From contig JBCFAY010000004.1 in NCBI GenBank assembly GCA_038562375.1, forward strand, positions 89,413-153,412: 64,000 bases of DNA, written 5' to 3'. The notes beneath the pieces were generated by a model. It saw only the letters and a program-made list of their open reading frames with translations. It was not told the DNA's origin and ran no database searches. A program made the position numbers and the translations under genes. Shown here in pieces: positions 9,873-18,811 of the stretch (positions within the stretch are counted from its first letter, which is position 1; every line of letters begins with the position of its first letter). This stretch comes from Bacillota bacterium. Lineage in GTDB: Bacteria > Bacillota > Clostridia > Christensenellales > CAG-138.

Positions 9873-10348
9873 TTGCCCTCCTCCCTATGCTCGCGCAATT
9901 CCTTGATCTTATCGCGCAATGAGGCGGCCCGCTCGTATTCCTCCGCCGCGATCGCCTCCTTGAGCTGTTTTGTCAACTCCAATAGGTCATCCTTTTCGGC
10001 TGCCGAGGGACGTCTTCCCACATGGTCGGTTCTTCCGTTGTGCGCGCGTTTGATGCAGCCGGCAAGCTCCTCACGGAGCGCGTTATAGCATTCCGAACAT
10101 CCGAGGATCCCCTGCTCCCTGAAATCCTTCAGGCTGCATCCGCAGCGCGGGCATTTCTTTTCTTGATCCAGGCGGGCGTCGTCCTCCTTCGCGCCGGAAA
10201 TAAGCTGGATGAGCATCGGAAGCTTATTCAACGGAAGCCCGCGCTTCTTGGCGCAGTCCTCGCATAGATGCAGCACGCGCTTGACGCCGCCCGCAAGCAG
10301 CATCGTATGTACAGAGGCCTCATTGGCCTTGCAGTTATCACATAACAA
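9869..10348 (-). CDS. mcsA: McsA, activator of the protein arginine kinase (zinc fingers plus a UVR domain)
   Basis: CDNC..LCEDC and CPRCGC..CSEC zinc motifs and a C-terminal UVR-like EEYERAASLRDKI. TTG start at 10348 with a GGGAGGA SD. Confidence 0.85.
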   Translation of the reverse strand: MLCDNCKANEASVHTMLLAGGVKRVLHLCEDCAKKRGLPLNKLPMLIQLISGAKEDDARLDQEKKCPRCGCSLKDFREQGILGCSECYNALREELAGCIKRAHNGRTDHVGRRPSAAEKDDLLELTKQLKEAIAAEEYERAASLRDKIKELREHREEGK

Positions 10349-10393
10349 GCACTTATCCTCCCGCCTCGAACGCTTGGGTCCGTCCTATACAAT

Positions 10394-10421
10394 ATTATAC
10401 CATTTTATTGCGCCCACGCAA
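10394..10421 (-). promoter_or_regulatory. Candidate SigA promoter of mcsA-mcsB-clpC
   Basis: Minus strand reads TTGCGT, 16 nt, TGgTATAAT (extended -10). Confidence 0.45.
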
Positions 10422-10483
10422 TCGTCAAACGGCTTACTACATCGCCTCCGCGCCAGCTTAAAACACAAAATTTCCCTTTGGCG

Positions 10484-10512
10484 TTGGTTTTCACGCCAAG
10501 GCGTGCTATAAT
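10484..10512 (+). promoter_or_regulatory. Candidate extended -10 promoter of the desulfurase-thiI operon
   Basis: TGCTATAAT at 10504-10512, with a weak -35 TTGGTT 17 nt upstream. Confidence 0.4.
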
Positions 10513-10629
10513 AGCAAAGCTTCCCGGCGCCTGGACGCTTTTCGCGCGGAACTGTTTGGATGCATATAGTATAACGATATGCCCGCATTTGTTCGGGCAC
10601 ACATGCAAATCAGCATTGGAGTGAATACT

Positions 10630-11772
10630 ATGATCTATCTTGACAATAGCGCAACAACCGCCACTCTGCCGCAGGCGGCGGAGACGGCGCGTAAATATAT
10701 GTGCGAGGATTTTTTTAACCCTTCGAGCGGATATGCACCCGCCGTGCAGGTGGAACGCGAAGTAAACGACGCCCGCGGCCGTCTTGCCGCGCGCTTTGGC
10801 GCTTCGGCCAATGAAATCGTCTATACCTCCGGCGGAACGGAGAGCAACAACATGGCGTTTTCCGGCGTGCTGCGCGGCCAGCGCGGCCCTGTGCATCTTG
10901 TTTGCGGCGCGGTCGAACACCCTTCCGTGTACGAGTTGTTCCGGCAGCGGCAGCTTGCGGGCGCCGCGGTATCCTACGCGGGCGTCAACGCGGACGGAAG
11001 CGTCAACGTAGCGCAGCTGGCGTCGCTTCTTCGGCCGGACACCGCCCTCGTAAGCGTGATGCACGTCAACAACGAAACCGGCGCCATCAACGACATCGCG
11101 GCCATCGCCCGCGCCGTCAAATCGCGCGCTCCGCGAGCCATTTTTCACGTGGACGGCGTGCAGGCGTTCTGCAAGCTCCCGTTTTCCTCCGTGCCGTGCG
11201 ATCTCTACTCGATCAGCGGGCATAAATTCCACGCCCCGAAAGGCATCGGAGCGCTTTATATTAGAGCCGGAACGCGGTTTTTAGGCGGGCAGATCGGCGG
11301 CGGCCAGGAGCGCGGGCTCAGGTCCGGCACCACGAACGTCCCCGGTGTCATGGGGATGGATGCTGCTCTCGCCTATTATGCCGACAAGCAAAATGAGAAA
11401 ATCGCACACGTGCGCGCCTGTAAGCTCAGGCTCTGCAACAACCTCCTGACGATTCCGGAGGTGATGATAAACGGACCGGAACCAAGCGTCGGTGCGCCTC
11501 ATGTGCTGAATCTTTCGTTCCTTGGTATGCGCGGTGAGGTGCTGCTGCACGCACTCGAACAATACGGCGTTTATGTCTCGACCGGGAGCGCGTGTTCGGC
11601 GCATAAAAAGGGTAAAAACCGAATCCTCGAATCCATGGGCATCCGGGGGATTCGGCAGGAAGGCGCAGTACGCTTTAGCCTCTGCCCCCTAAACACCATC
11701 TCTCAAATGGATGAAGCGGCGCAGATCATCAAGGACCAAGTGCTAAAGCTCAGGCAATTCAAAAGAAGATAA
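10630..11772 (+). CDS. Cysteine desulfurase (NifS/IscS-type class V aminotransferase)
   Basis: MIYLDNSATT start after a GGAGTG SD. SGHKFHAPKG carries the PLP lysine and GSACS the active-site Cys loop. Adjacent to thiI. Confidence 0.9.
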   Translation: MIYLDNSATTATLPQAAETARKYMCEDFFNPSSGYAPAVQVEREVNDARGRLAARFGASANEIVYTSGGTESNNMAFSGVLRGQRGPVHLVCGAVEHPSVYELFRQRQLAGAAVSYAGVNADGSVNVAQLASLLRPDTALVSVMHVNNETGAINDIAAIARAVKSRAPRAIFHVDGVQAFCKLPFSSVPCDLYSISGHKFHAPKGIGALYIRAGTRFLGGQIGGGQERGLRSGTTNVPGVMGMDAALAYYADKQNEKIAHVRACKLRLCNNLLTIPEVMINGPEPSVGAPHVLNLSFLGMRGEVLLHALEQYGVYVSTGSACSAHKKGKNRILESMGIRGIRQEGAVRFSLCPLNTISQMDEAAQIIKDQVLKLRQFKRR

Positions 11773-11790
11773 ATTAGGAGTGGCTCGCCT

Positions 11791-12960
11791 ATGGAAAACG
11801 TTTTGCTGATCCGCTATGCGGAGATTCATTTAAAGGGGCAGAATCGCCCCTTTTTCGAGCGCAAGCTTATGGAAGGCATCAAGAAGGCGCTAAACGGCTT
11901 TAACGCGCGTATCGAACGCCAGCAAGGCCGCGTATTCGTGCGTGGGATCTTCCCCGAACAGCAGCCGGAAGCAATTCGGAGGCTCGACCGCGTATTCGGC
12001 ATCCATTCGATCAGCCCTGCGCTGTGCGTGGAAAAGGAATGGGATCGGATCGCCGAAACCGCCGAGCAATTGATGCGGGGCGCTCTGGACAAAGGCCAGG
12101 GCAAAACGTTTAAGGTGTTCGCGCGGCGTGCGGACAAACGCTTTTTCATGACCAGCGACGAAATCAACCGTGAGCTTGGAGCTTTTTTGTTGAAGCGTTT
12201 TCCTGAACTGAAAGTGGACGTGCACCGCCCCGAAATCCGCTTCTCGGTGGAGATCCGCGACGGCGCATACCTCTACACCGAGGAAATCCGCTGCCGCGGC
12301 GGTATGCCCACCGGTTCCGCCGGACATGCCGTGCTGCTCATCTCGGGCGGGATCGATAGCCCCGTCGCCGGCTACATGCTGGCCAAGCGCGGCGTCGTAT
12401 TGAGCGCAGTCCATTTTTTCAGCTACCCGTATACCAGCGAGCGCGCGCGGGACAAGGTGATCGCGCTCGTAAAGATACTCTCCTCCTACGCGGGCGCAAT
12501 CAGGCTCTATCTTGTTCCGTTCACGCAGATTCAGCTCGCCATCCACGAAAAGTGCCCTCCCAAGGAGACTACGCTGCTTATGCGCCGGCTGATGATGCAG
12601 ATCTCCGAGCGGCTTGCACTCGCCGAAGGTTCGCGCGCGCTCATCACGGGCGAGGCATTGGGGCAGGTCGCCAGCCAGACGCTCGAGAGCCTCGCCGTGA
12701 CGGACGACGCGGTGCAGATGCCCGTTTTCCGGCCGCTGATCGGATTTGACAAGGAGGATATCATAGAGCTCGCGCAGCGCATCGGTACGTTTGAGACGTC
12801 GATCCTCCCCTACGAGGACTGCTGCACGGTTTTTGTGCCCCAGCACCCGCTCACGCGCCCGGAAGTGGGGCAGCTTCGCGAAAGCGAACGGCTCGTCGAT
12901 TTTACCGAAATGATCCGAACGGCGATCGACGCCGCGGAAATCCTCACCATCGAAGAATGA
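11791..12960 (+). CDS. thiI: tRNA 4-thiouridine synthase ThiI
   Basis: THUMP domain followed by a PP-loop (LISGGIDSPVA), 389 aa. Confidence 0.9.
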   Translation: MENVLLIRYAEIHLKGQNRPFFERKLMEGIKKALNGFNARIERQQGRVFVRGIFPEQQPEAIRRLDRVFGIHSISPALCVEKEWDRIAETAEQLMRGALDKGQGKTFKVFARRADKRFFMTSDEINRELGAFLLKRFPELKVDVHRPEIRFSVEIRDGAYLYTEEIRCRGGMPTGSAGHAVLLISGGIDSPVAGYMLAKRGVVLSAVHFFSYPYTSERARDKVIALVKILSSYAGAIRLYLVPFTQIQLAIHEKCPPKETTLLMRRLMMQISERLALAEGSRALITGEALGQVASQTLESLAVTDDAVQMPVFRPLIGFDKEDIIELAQRIGTFETSILPYEDCCTVFVPQHPLTRPEVGQLRESERLVDFTEMIRTAIDAAEILTIEE

Positions 12961-13161
12961 AGACGGCGCTTAGCGCTGCGGCACGCATGGCGGCCCGGCG
13001 TCGAGCGGCTGCGGCAGCGTTGGAGTTCCTTCATGGGCGTGCGGGATCTTCGCATTACGGTTCGTTTCAAGCGGATCAGGCGATCGGGATAAAACCCTAG
13101 GATTTCTAAGGTTTCATGAAAAATTCATACCTGTTCGGCGAGGTTCTGCTATACTACAAGC

Positions 13162-13893
13162 ATGAAGCTATATGTATGGATCTTTAGCATATTGTGCGTT
13201 TGCCTGCTCGCCGGCTGCGGCGCGGGCGAAGACGCGTCCGTTCAGGAAGAGCTGAAGCCAACCCCCGCCCCTGCCTCTTTGGCCGTTTCATCATCGGAAT
13301 CGACCTCGGCGCCCGCCGCGGCCGTTGAAGAAGCGCTTATACTCCACATCGAGCCGCGCATACGCGCCGAAGGAAGCGCGAAGATCATCTATCCGTATGT
13401 TTACGACGCGTCGGCGGCGGAGACGATCAACGAGGCCGTCGCCTCGACGGTCGATCAACTGCTCGAAGCATCCGAGGATGAACTCAACGCCGATTACAGC
13501 ATCGAGTACAACGCCAATGGCTTCATCTCGATACTCCTGCATCTTTATAACCCCGACGACTACGGGCAATACCAGCTCTACCCGCTGACGTTTAACGCAA
13601 GGAACGGCGAGCTCTATACGATTGCGGATCTGTTCGGCAGCAATGATCGCTGGCGCTGGAAACTGCCCGATATCATTACGGAGCAGGCGGAAAAAAGCGG
13701 GATCACGCTTCTGTCCAGCCCGCTGCCGATCGGCGACGATCAGTCTTTCTATCTGTCGGGCTCCGACCTGGTGCTCGTGTACCGCTATTATGAAATCGCC
13801 ACCTATTCCGCCGGAATCCCGCAGTTTCCGGTCCCGCTGAACGAGCTGAGCGATTTTGTGGGCGAGGACGCCCCGCTTTTTGGCCTGCTGTAA
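13162..13893 (+). CDS. Lipoprotein with a DUF4163/DUF3298 (RsiV/PdaC-like) fold
   Basis: Lipobox LLAGC, a low-complexity linker, then a YPY..INE..YNANGFISIL...YYEIATYSAGIPQF pattern. Confidence 0.6.
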   Translation: MKLYVWIFSILCVCLLAGCGAGEDASVQEELKPTPAPASLAVSSSESTSAPAAAVEEALILHIEPRIRAEGSAKIIYPYVYDASAAETINEAVASTVDQLLEASEDELNADYSIEYNANGFISILLHLYNPDDYGQYQLYPLTFNARNGELYTIADLFGSNDRWRWKLPDIITEQAEKSGITLLSSPLPIGDDQSFYLSGSDLVLVYRYYEIATYSAGIPQFPVPLNELSDFVGEDAPLFGLL

Positions 13894-13931
13894 GCTTCCA
13901 AGCCCTATATACATGCGTATACAAAACAAAT

Positions 13932-13953
13932 ACAGGGCGGTCACCCGCCCTGT
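13932..13953. terminator. Hairpin terminator between convergent genes (end of the fliY operon)
   Basis: ACAGGGCGG-tcac-CCGCCCTGT. The minus-strand side is followed by ATTTGTTTTGT. Confidence 0.6.
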
Positions 13954-14051
13954 TGTTCCATTCATCCCATATTAATCCGGCGCTTTCACGCGGCGCGTCC
14001 CGCCGGATCAAGCGGCGGGATCGCTTCTTTGCGGCGAATCCCAGGCCCAAA

Positions 14052-15248
14052 TCATGGGGCTGAGATGATCTCCGTCACGCGGATGCCGTAATTGTCGTCT
14101 ATAACGACGACCTCTCCGCGCGCGAGAAGCTTCCCGTTGACAAGGATATCCACGAGTTCCCCGGCCAGCCTGTCCAGCACGATCACAGAGCCCATGTGCA
14201 GCCCCAGAATCTCCTTGATGCTCTTTTTGGTCTTGCCAAGCTCGACCGTCACCTGAAGCGGCACGTCGAGTATCAGCCCAATATTGTCCTGGCTGGGCGG
14301 AGCGGACCTCGCTTCCCCGGCCGAAGCATCGTCAAAGGACTCGTACTGGGCCATCTTTACCCCAACCATACCCTTGCCCGATTGCGCAGGATCTCCACCC
14401 CATGCCGTTGAAGCGGGCGGCTTTGCGCCGGGCGCGGCCGCGGGCGCCGGTTTTCCTTTTGGTTCCGGCCTGCCCTCGGGCGCCATGCGATCTGCTTGCG
14501 TCGGCACGGTACCCTCTTTCGCCGGTTTCGTCTGCTTGTCCTTTTCCGGTTTTTTGGGGGCGGGCGGAGCGGGCAAATCCATCACTCCGCTGAGCAGGCC
14601 CATTGCGAGCTGCTTACCAAACTCAAACGGAACGATCTGCATGATCTCGCTGTTGAGCACTCCCTCGATCTGCATCGAAAAGCCGACCTTGATGACCAGC
14701 CCCCGCCGGGAAATCAGATTATAGAAGTTATCCTCCTCCAGCACAATTCGATGCACCTCGGGCGGAGAGATGTTGACCGGCCGCATGATAATATCCGCCA
14801 GCGCAGTCGAAGAGGCGCCGACCATCTGGTTCATAACCTCGCTGATCGCCGAGAAGTGCAACTCATCGATGTCGCCGCCGTAGTCGGTGATGCTTTCGCC
14901 CATGAGCAGGCCGGTAATGATCCGGACATCCTCCTCCTTGACAAGGAAGATATTAAAGCCGTCGATCCCTTCGGTATAAGAAACCTCCACCACGATGAGC
15001 GGCCTCTGATAATACCCGAGATCCTTTGCGTTCCGGCAGATTTTAACGCGCGGCGTGGTGATGCTGACTTTTTTTTCAAGCAGCGTCGAAAGCGTTGTCG
15101 CGGACGTTCCCATGCAGATGTTTCCGATTTCGCCCAAAGCGTCCTTTTCCTCATCGCTGAGCAGGACCTCATCCGCCGAGGCGCTTTCCTGTTCCTCCGA
15201 AGTAGCTTTTACAGTATTTAACAGCTCATCCGCCGCTTGGTATTCCAT
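14052..15248 (-). CDS. fliY: Flagellar motor switch phosphatase FliY (CheC-like domain plus FliN domain)
   Basis: CheC-like N-terminus (DALGEIGNICMGTSAT), a Pro/Ala/Lys linker, and a C-terminal FliN domain (LDVPLQVTVELG...VVIDDNYGIRV). Confidence 0.85.
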   Translation of the reverse strand: MEYQAADELLNTVKATSEEQESASADEVLLSDEEKDALGEIGNICMGTSATTLSTLLEKKVSITTPRVKICRNAKDLGYYQRPLIVVEVSYTEGIDGFNIFLVKEEDVRIITGLLMGESITDYGGDIDELHFSAISEVMNQMVGASSTALADIIMRPVNISPPEVHRIVLEEDNFYNLISRRGLVIKVGFSMQIEGVLNSEIMQIVPFEFGKQLAMGLLSGVMDLPAPPAPKKPEKDKQTKPAKEGTVPTQADRMAPEGRPEPKGKPAPAAAPGAKPPASTAWGGDPAQSGKGMVGVKMAQYESFDDASAGEARSAPPSQDNIGLILDVPLQVTVELGKTKKSIKEILGLHMGSVIVLDRLAGELVDILVNGKLLARGEVVVIDDNYGIRVTEIISAP

Positions 15249-16242
15249 CCTCGGGAACCTCCTTCAAAATATCCGTGATTTTCAGCGCCAGCCGGTGTTC
15301 CTTTTGCCCGATCATCGCCTTGAATTTCGGCATATGCTCCACCATCACGGTGATGGGCTTGCTGACCGGATGATCCACCCGGATCACGTCGCCAACCTGG
15401 AGGCTGACCACGTCCTGAACCGTCGCGGGCGTTGAGTCGAATACCGCACGCAGCGTCAGCGCCGTGTGGATAATCCGCGGATTCACCTCCGGGATGTTCT
15501 CCACTTGTCCATCGTGCGAATTTGCGCGCTCCGAGTACCACGACTTCATCGCAAGCTGCTGGGAGATCGGCTGTATCGCAAGACGCGGGATGCAAAGGTT
15601 GATCAAATCCGACACATCGCCGATCTTCACGTTGAACGTAACGATCACGATCGGTTCGCTGGCCGAGACGATCTGAGCGAACTGAGCGCTTGTTTCGATC
15701 CTGTCGAGCGTCGCGTTCACCGTGGTAACCCGCACCCAGCTTTCGTTCATCACGGTGAGCATTTTCTGAACGACGCGCGTTAAAGTCGCGATCTCGATCT
15801 CGGTAAAGAGCTTGCTGTATTCCTGGAATTGGCCTGTTCCGCCGAACAGCCTGCTGATGATCTCGTAGGCGATCGTCGGCGAAAGCTCCATCATCGCGGA
15901 ACCCGCGAGCGGAGGCATATCGAAAATCGCAAGAAACGCCGGCAGCGGCAAGGAGTTGCTGAACTCCGAGAACGTCTGCTCCTCGATCGAGACGACCTCA
16001 ATATCGCAGGCGGCCCTAAGCATCCCCGAAAGGAATGTACTGAGCCGTCCGGAATAGTTCTCGTGGATAAAACGGAGCATACGAATCTGTTCTTTGGAGA
16101 ACTTATTCGCGGTGCGAAAATTATAAGCGCGCAGATGATCGTTCTCGCTGTGCTCCGGTTTTTCCACCGGGGGCGCGTCACGGCCGGAAGCGAGCGCAAT
16201 CAGCAGCTCATCGATTTCACTTTGAGAGAGTATATCCGCCAA
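15226..16242 (-). CDS. fliM: Flagellar motor switch protein FliM
   Basis: The N-terminal LSQSEIDELL CheY-P binding motif plus FliM middle and C-terminal domains. Confidence 0.9.
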   Translation of the reverse strand: MADILSQSEIDELLIALASGRDAPPVEKPEHSENDHLRAYNFRTANKFSKEQIRMLRFIHENYSGRLSTFLSGMLRAACDIEVVSIEEQTFSEFSNSLPLPAFLAIFDMPPLAGSAMMELSPTIAYEIISRLFGGTGQFQEYSKLFTEIEIATLTRVVQKMLTVMNESWVRVTTVNATLDRIETSAQFAQIVSASEPIVIVTFNVKIGDVSDLINLCIPRLAIQPISQQLAMKSWYSERANSHDGQVENIPEVNPRIIHTALTLRAVFDSTPATVQDVVSLQVGDVIRVDHPVSKPITVMVEHMPKFKAMIGQKEHRLALKITDILKEVPEDGIPSGG

Positions 16243-16269
16243 GACTGTACTCCTACTATTCGAGATAAT

Positions 16270-16881
16270 TCATTGTAATACATATTCTGTGAAAAAAACA
16301 GTCTTCACATTGTCGATCCCCAAAGTTTCGTTGATAGATTTGGAGATTTCTGTAGCAAGGGCCCGCATACTGTCGTCCGTGCGCAGTTCCTTCTCGTTTT
16401 TTTCGCGCAGAATGGAAATGATGTTGTTGCGGATTACGTGGTTGTTCTCCTCAAGGAACGCATAAAACTCCTCGTCTTCCGCCGCTTTGTCCACCTCCAG
16501 CACGATCGTGGTCTTAAGAAGTTTTTCGCTTTCTTTCACGTTGGTGATGAAGTAGTCGCCCGTCTCATAATGGCTCTTAAAGACCTCCGGCTCTTTCTCC
16601 GGCTGCATCAGAATAAAAATGACCACGCCTGCGCCGATAAGCAGGACGGCCAATAAAATAATAATGATTTTTTTCACGGTCGTCACCTTCAATCCAGTAT
16701 TCTTAAATTCTATATATGTTACGGTCTCCGGCACCGCGTGTATCGCTTTGCTCGAAGCCGGTATAAACAAGTTTGAAGTTCGGTTTTTAGCGACATGCCG
16801 CCTGACGGCGGCCGTCTCCAAATCAACCGAGGTCGATCGCTGTTCTTCGTTCTTAAGCGACGGATCGAGATTGTCAGGCAT
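16270..16881 (-). CDS. fliL: Flagellar basal-body protein FliL (start uncertain)
   Basis: KKIIIILLAVLLIGAGV TM helix plus a FliL domain. The ATG at 16881 lacks an SD. The alternative GTG at 16677 has an AGGTGA SD and gives a typical 135-aa FliL. Confidence 0.75.
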   Translation of the reverse strand: MPDNLDPSLKNEEQRSTSVDLETAAVRRHVAKNRTSNLFIPASSKAIHAVPETVTYIEFKNTGLKVTTVKKIIIILLAVLLIGAGVVIFILMQPEKEPEVFKSHYETGDYFITNVKESEKLLKTTIVLEVDKAAEDEEFYAFLEENNHVIRNNIISILREKNEKELRTDDSMRALATEISKSINETLGIDNVKTVFFTEYVLQ

Positions 16882-16953
16882 GGGCCCGGCACCGCAAAAC
16901 TCACGCTCGCGCTCCGCGCGGACGATGCCCCGATCTTGACGAAGCCGTTTCCG

Positions 16954-17178
16954 TTAATGATCCGCAGGGGTTTGAGGCGCCTGTTCCTCCAGGTGGATGC
17001 CGTAAAGCTGGCGCTTGTATTCAAGGATCAAGCGCCTGACCTCGGCCGCGGGTTCGGCGACGACAAGCTTTCTTCCGGACATCATGGAAATAACCGTATT
17101 GGGTGTTTCCTCCACAAACTCGATCAGATCGCTGTTGACAAGAAACACTTCTTTGTTCAGGCGGCTTAACGTAATCAT
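16954..17178 (-). CDS. flbD: Flagellar protein FlbD (SwrD-like)
   Basis: 74 aa, MITLSRLNKEVFLVNSDLIEFVEETPNTVI. It sits between flgE and fliL, as in B. subtilis. Confidence 0.85.
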   Translation of the reverse strand: MITLSRLNKEVFLVNSDLIEFVEETPNTVISMMSGRKLVVAEPAAEVRRLILEYKRQLYGIHLEEQAPQTPADH

Positions 17179-17306
17179 GTGTACCCCCTAATTTGTATAA
17201 ACGGATCGTTCGTGCGTGATGTCGTGCCTGTCAACGCTGTTGAAACAAGCGAAGGGCTGCATCAAGGGGGGCAAGCGCCCCCCTTCATCCTCCAGCCGCG
17301 GATGAA

Positions 17307-18152
17307 TTACCGCTTAAGATTGACGATTTCCTCGAGCATCGCGTCGGTGGTGGTGATGATGCGCGAGTTTGCCTGGAAGCCCCTCTGTGTAACGATCATG
17401 TCTGTGAACTCGCTGACGAGGTCGACGTTGGACATTTCGAGCGAGCCCGGATTCAACAGGCCGATACCGTCGTCGCCGGGGGTGCCGTATTCGGCGTCGC
17501 CCGAGTTCACGGTCGTGCGATAGGCGTTATCCCCGACCTTTTCAAGGCCGCTCTCGTTCGCGAACGTCGCGAGCAGCAGCTGGCCGATCACCACTTTATC
17601 CTCGGTTGTCCGGTCGATGCCGATGACCGAACCGTTCTGGTCGATCGTGACGTCGTAGTACTGCGGGTCGATCAGGATGTTCGTTTGATGCGTAGGATCG
17701 ACCGTAACCGCGCCGCTAACCGGATCGGTTGTCACCTGGCAGCCGACCACATAGGAACCGTTGGCGTTCACAAGGTAATTCTGCTCGTCCGTATAGAAGT
17801 TGCCGGCGCGCGTATAGGTCAGCTGTCCGGCGGTGGAAAGGACAAAATAACCGTCGCCCTCGATCGACAGATCGAGCGGGGAACCCGTATACTGGCTTGC
17901 GCTCGAGTTGTGCAGCACGTCGATGGTCGCCATCGTCGTGCCGAGGCCGACCTGTTTGGGGTTGGTGCCGCCGTTGTTCGTGCCGTTCGCCCCGGAAGCG
18001 GAGCTGATCGTCTGGCTGTAGATATCCTGAAACAGCACCCGGCTCCCTTTATAAGCCACGGTGTTGACGTTGGAGATATTGTTGCCGATGACATCCATCT
18101 TGGTCTGATGGTTACGCAATCCGGTAACGCCGGCGTATAATGCACGCATCAT
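17307..18152 (-). CDS. flgE: Flagellar hook protein FlgE (short Firmicute form)
   Basis: N-terminal flagellar rod/hook box (MMRALYAGVTGL...NNISNVNT.AYK) and a C-terminal LEMSNVDL...MIVTQRGFQANS. It follows flgD. Confidence 0.75.
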   Translation of the reverse strand: MMRALYAGVTGLRNHQTKMDVIGNNISNVNTVAYKGSRVLFQDIYSQTISSASGANGTNNGGTNPKQVGLGTTMATIDVLHNSSASQYTGSPLDLSIEGDGYFVLSTAGQLTYTRAGNFYTDEQNYLVNANGSYVVGCQVTTDPVSGAVTVDPTHQTNILIDPQYYDVTIDQNGSVIGIDRTTEDKVVIGQLLLATFANESGLEKVGDNAYRTTVNSGDAEYGTPGDDGIGLLNPGSLEMSNVDLVSEFTDMIVTQRGFQANSRIITTTDAMLEEIVNLKR

Positions 18153-18176
18153 AGTGTTTTTCCTCCAAAAGCTGAA

Positions 18177-18800
18177 TTAAGAATAAATTTCCTGAATGTC
18201 GGAGAGCGCGAATTCCGTTCCGCCGACCGTGCCGTAGAGCTTCCCGTCGCGCAGGAGAATCTTTTCGATGATGCCGGTAACGGAGCTAATGCTGCCGTCC
18301 GCGGCGGTCGTCTTAGCGAGCACCGATTTGCCCACAAAGCCCGCGCCCATGGACATCGTCTCCTCCGAACTGGGCGTGTCGTCCTCCTCGGTATTCACCA
18401 AGCCGATCACGTCGGTGACAGGATACTTCTCGTCGCCGATCACGACGTAATTGATCCCGCTGACCTTGATGACCCCGTCCACCTTGCCGGTGAGCACATT
18501 TTTGCCGGTGGAATCCTTCACATAGACTTCCTTGCCCACAAGGCTGTACGCCTGGCTTTGCGACATCGTCTCGTTCATCGATTGAAGCTGCTCGAGCGAG
18601 GAAAACTGCGCGAGCTGTGCGATAAACTCGGTGTCGCTCGTCGGCTCCAACGGATTTTGATTGGAAAGCTGCGTGACAAGAAGCTTTAAAAACTGATCCT
18701 TGCCAAGCTCCTTTGTCGTGCTGCGCGAATCCTGAAGCTCCGCCAGGGTCCTTGTTGCAGAAGAAGTAGAATCGACAGTTGACGTCGGCATATTATGCAT
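18177..18800 (-). CDS. flgD: Flagellar hook capping/assembly protein FlgD
   Basis: KDQFLKLLVTQLSNQNPLEP motif. Confidence 0.85.
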   Translation of the reverse strand: MHNMPTSTVDSTSSATRTLAELQDSRSTTKELGKDQFLKLLVTQLSNQNPLEPTSDTEFIAQLAQFSSLEQLQSMNETMSQSQAYSLVGKEVYVKDSTGKNVLTGKVDGVIKVSGINYVVIGDEKYPVTDVIGLVNTEEDDTPSSEETMSMGAGFVGKSVLAKTTAADGSISSVTGIIEKILLRDGKLYGTVGGTEFALSDIQEIYS

Positions 18801-18811
18801 CCTTTCTCAAA

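Noticed and set aside
10349-10629. A search for a ctsR gene or a tandem GGTCAAA CtsR operator upstream of mcsA.
   Set aside because: There is no ORF of suitable size. Only one degenerate half-site (CGTCAAA) is present and there is no direct repeat.
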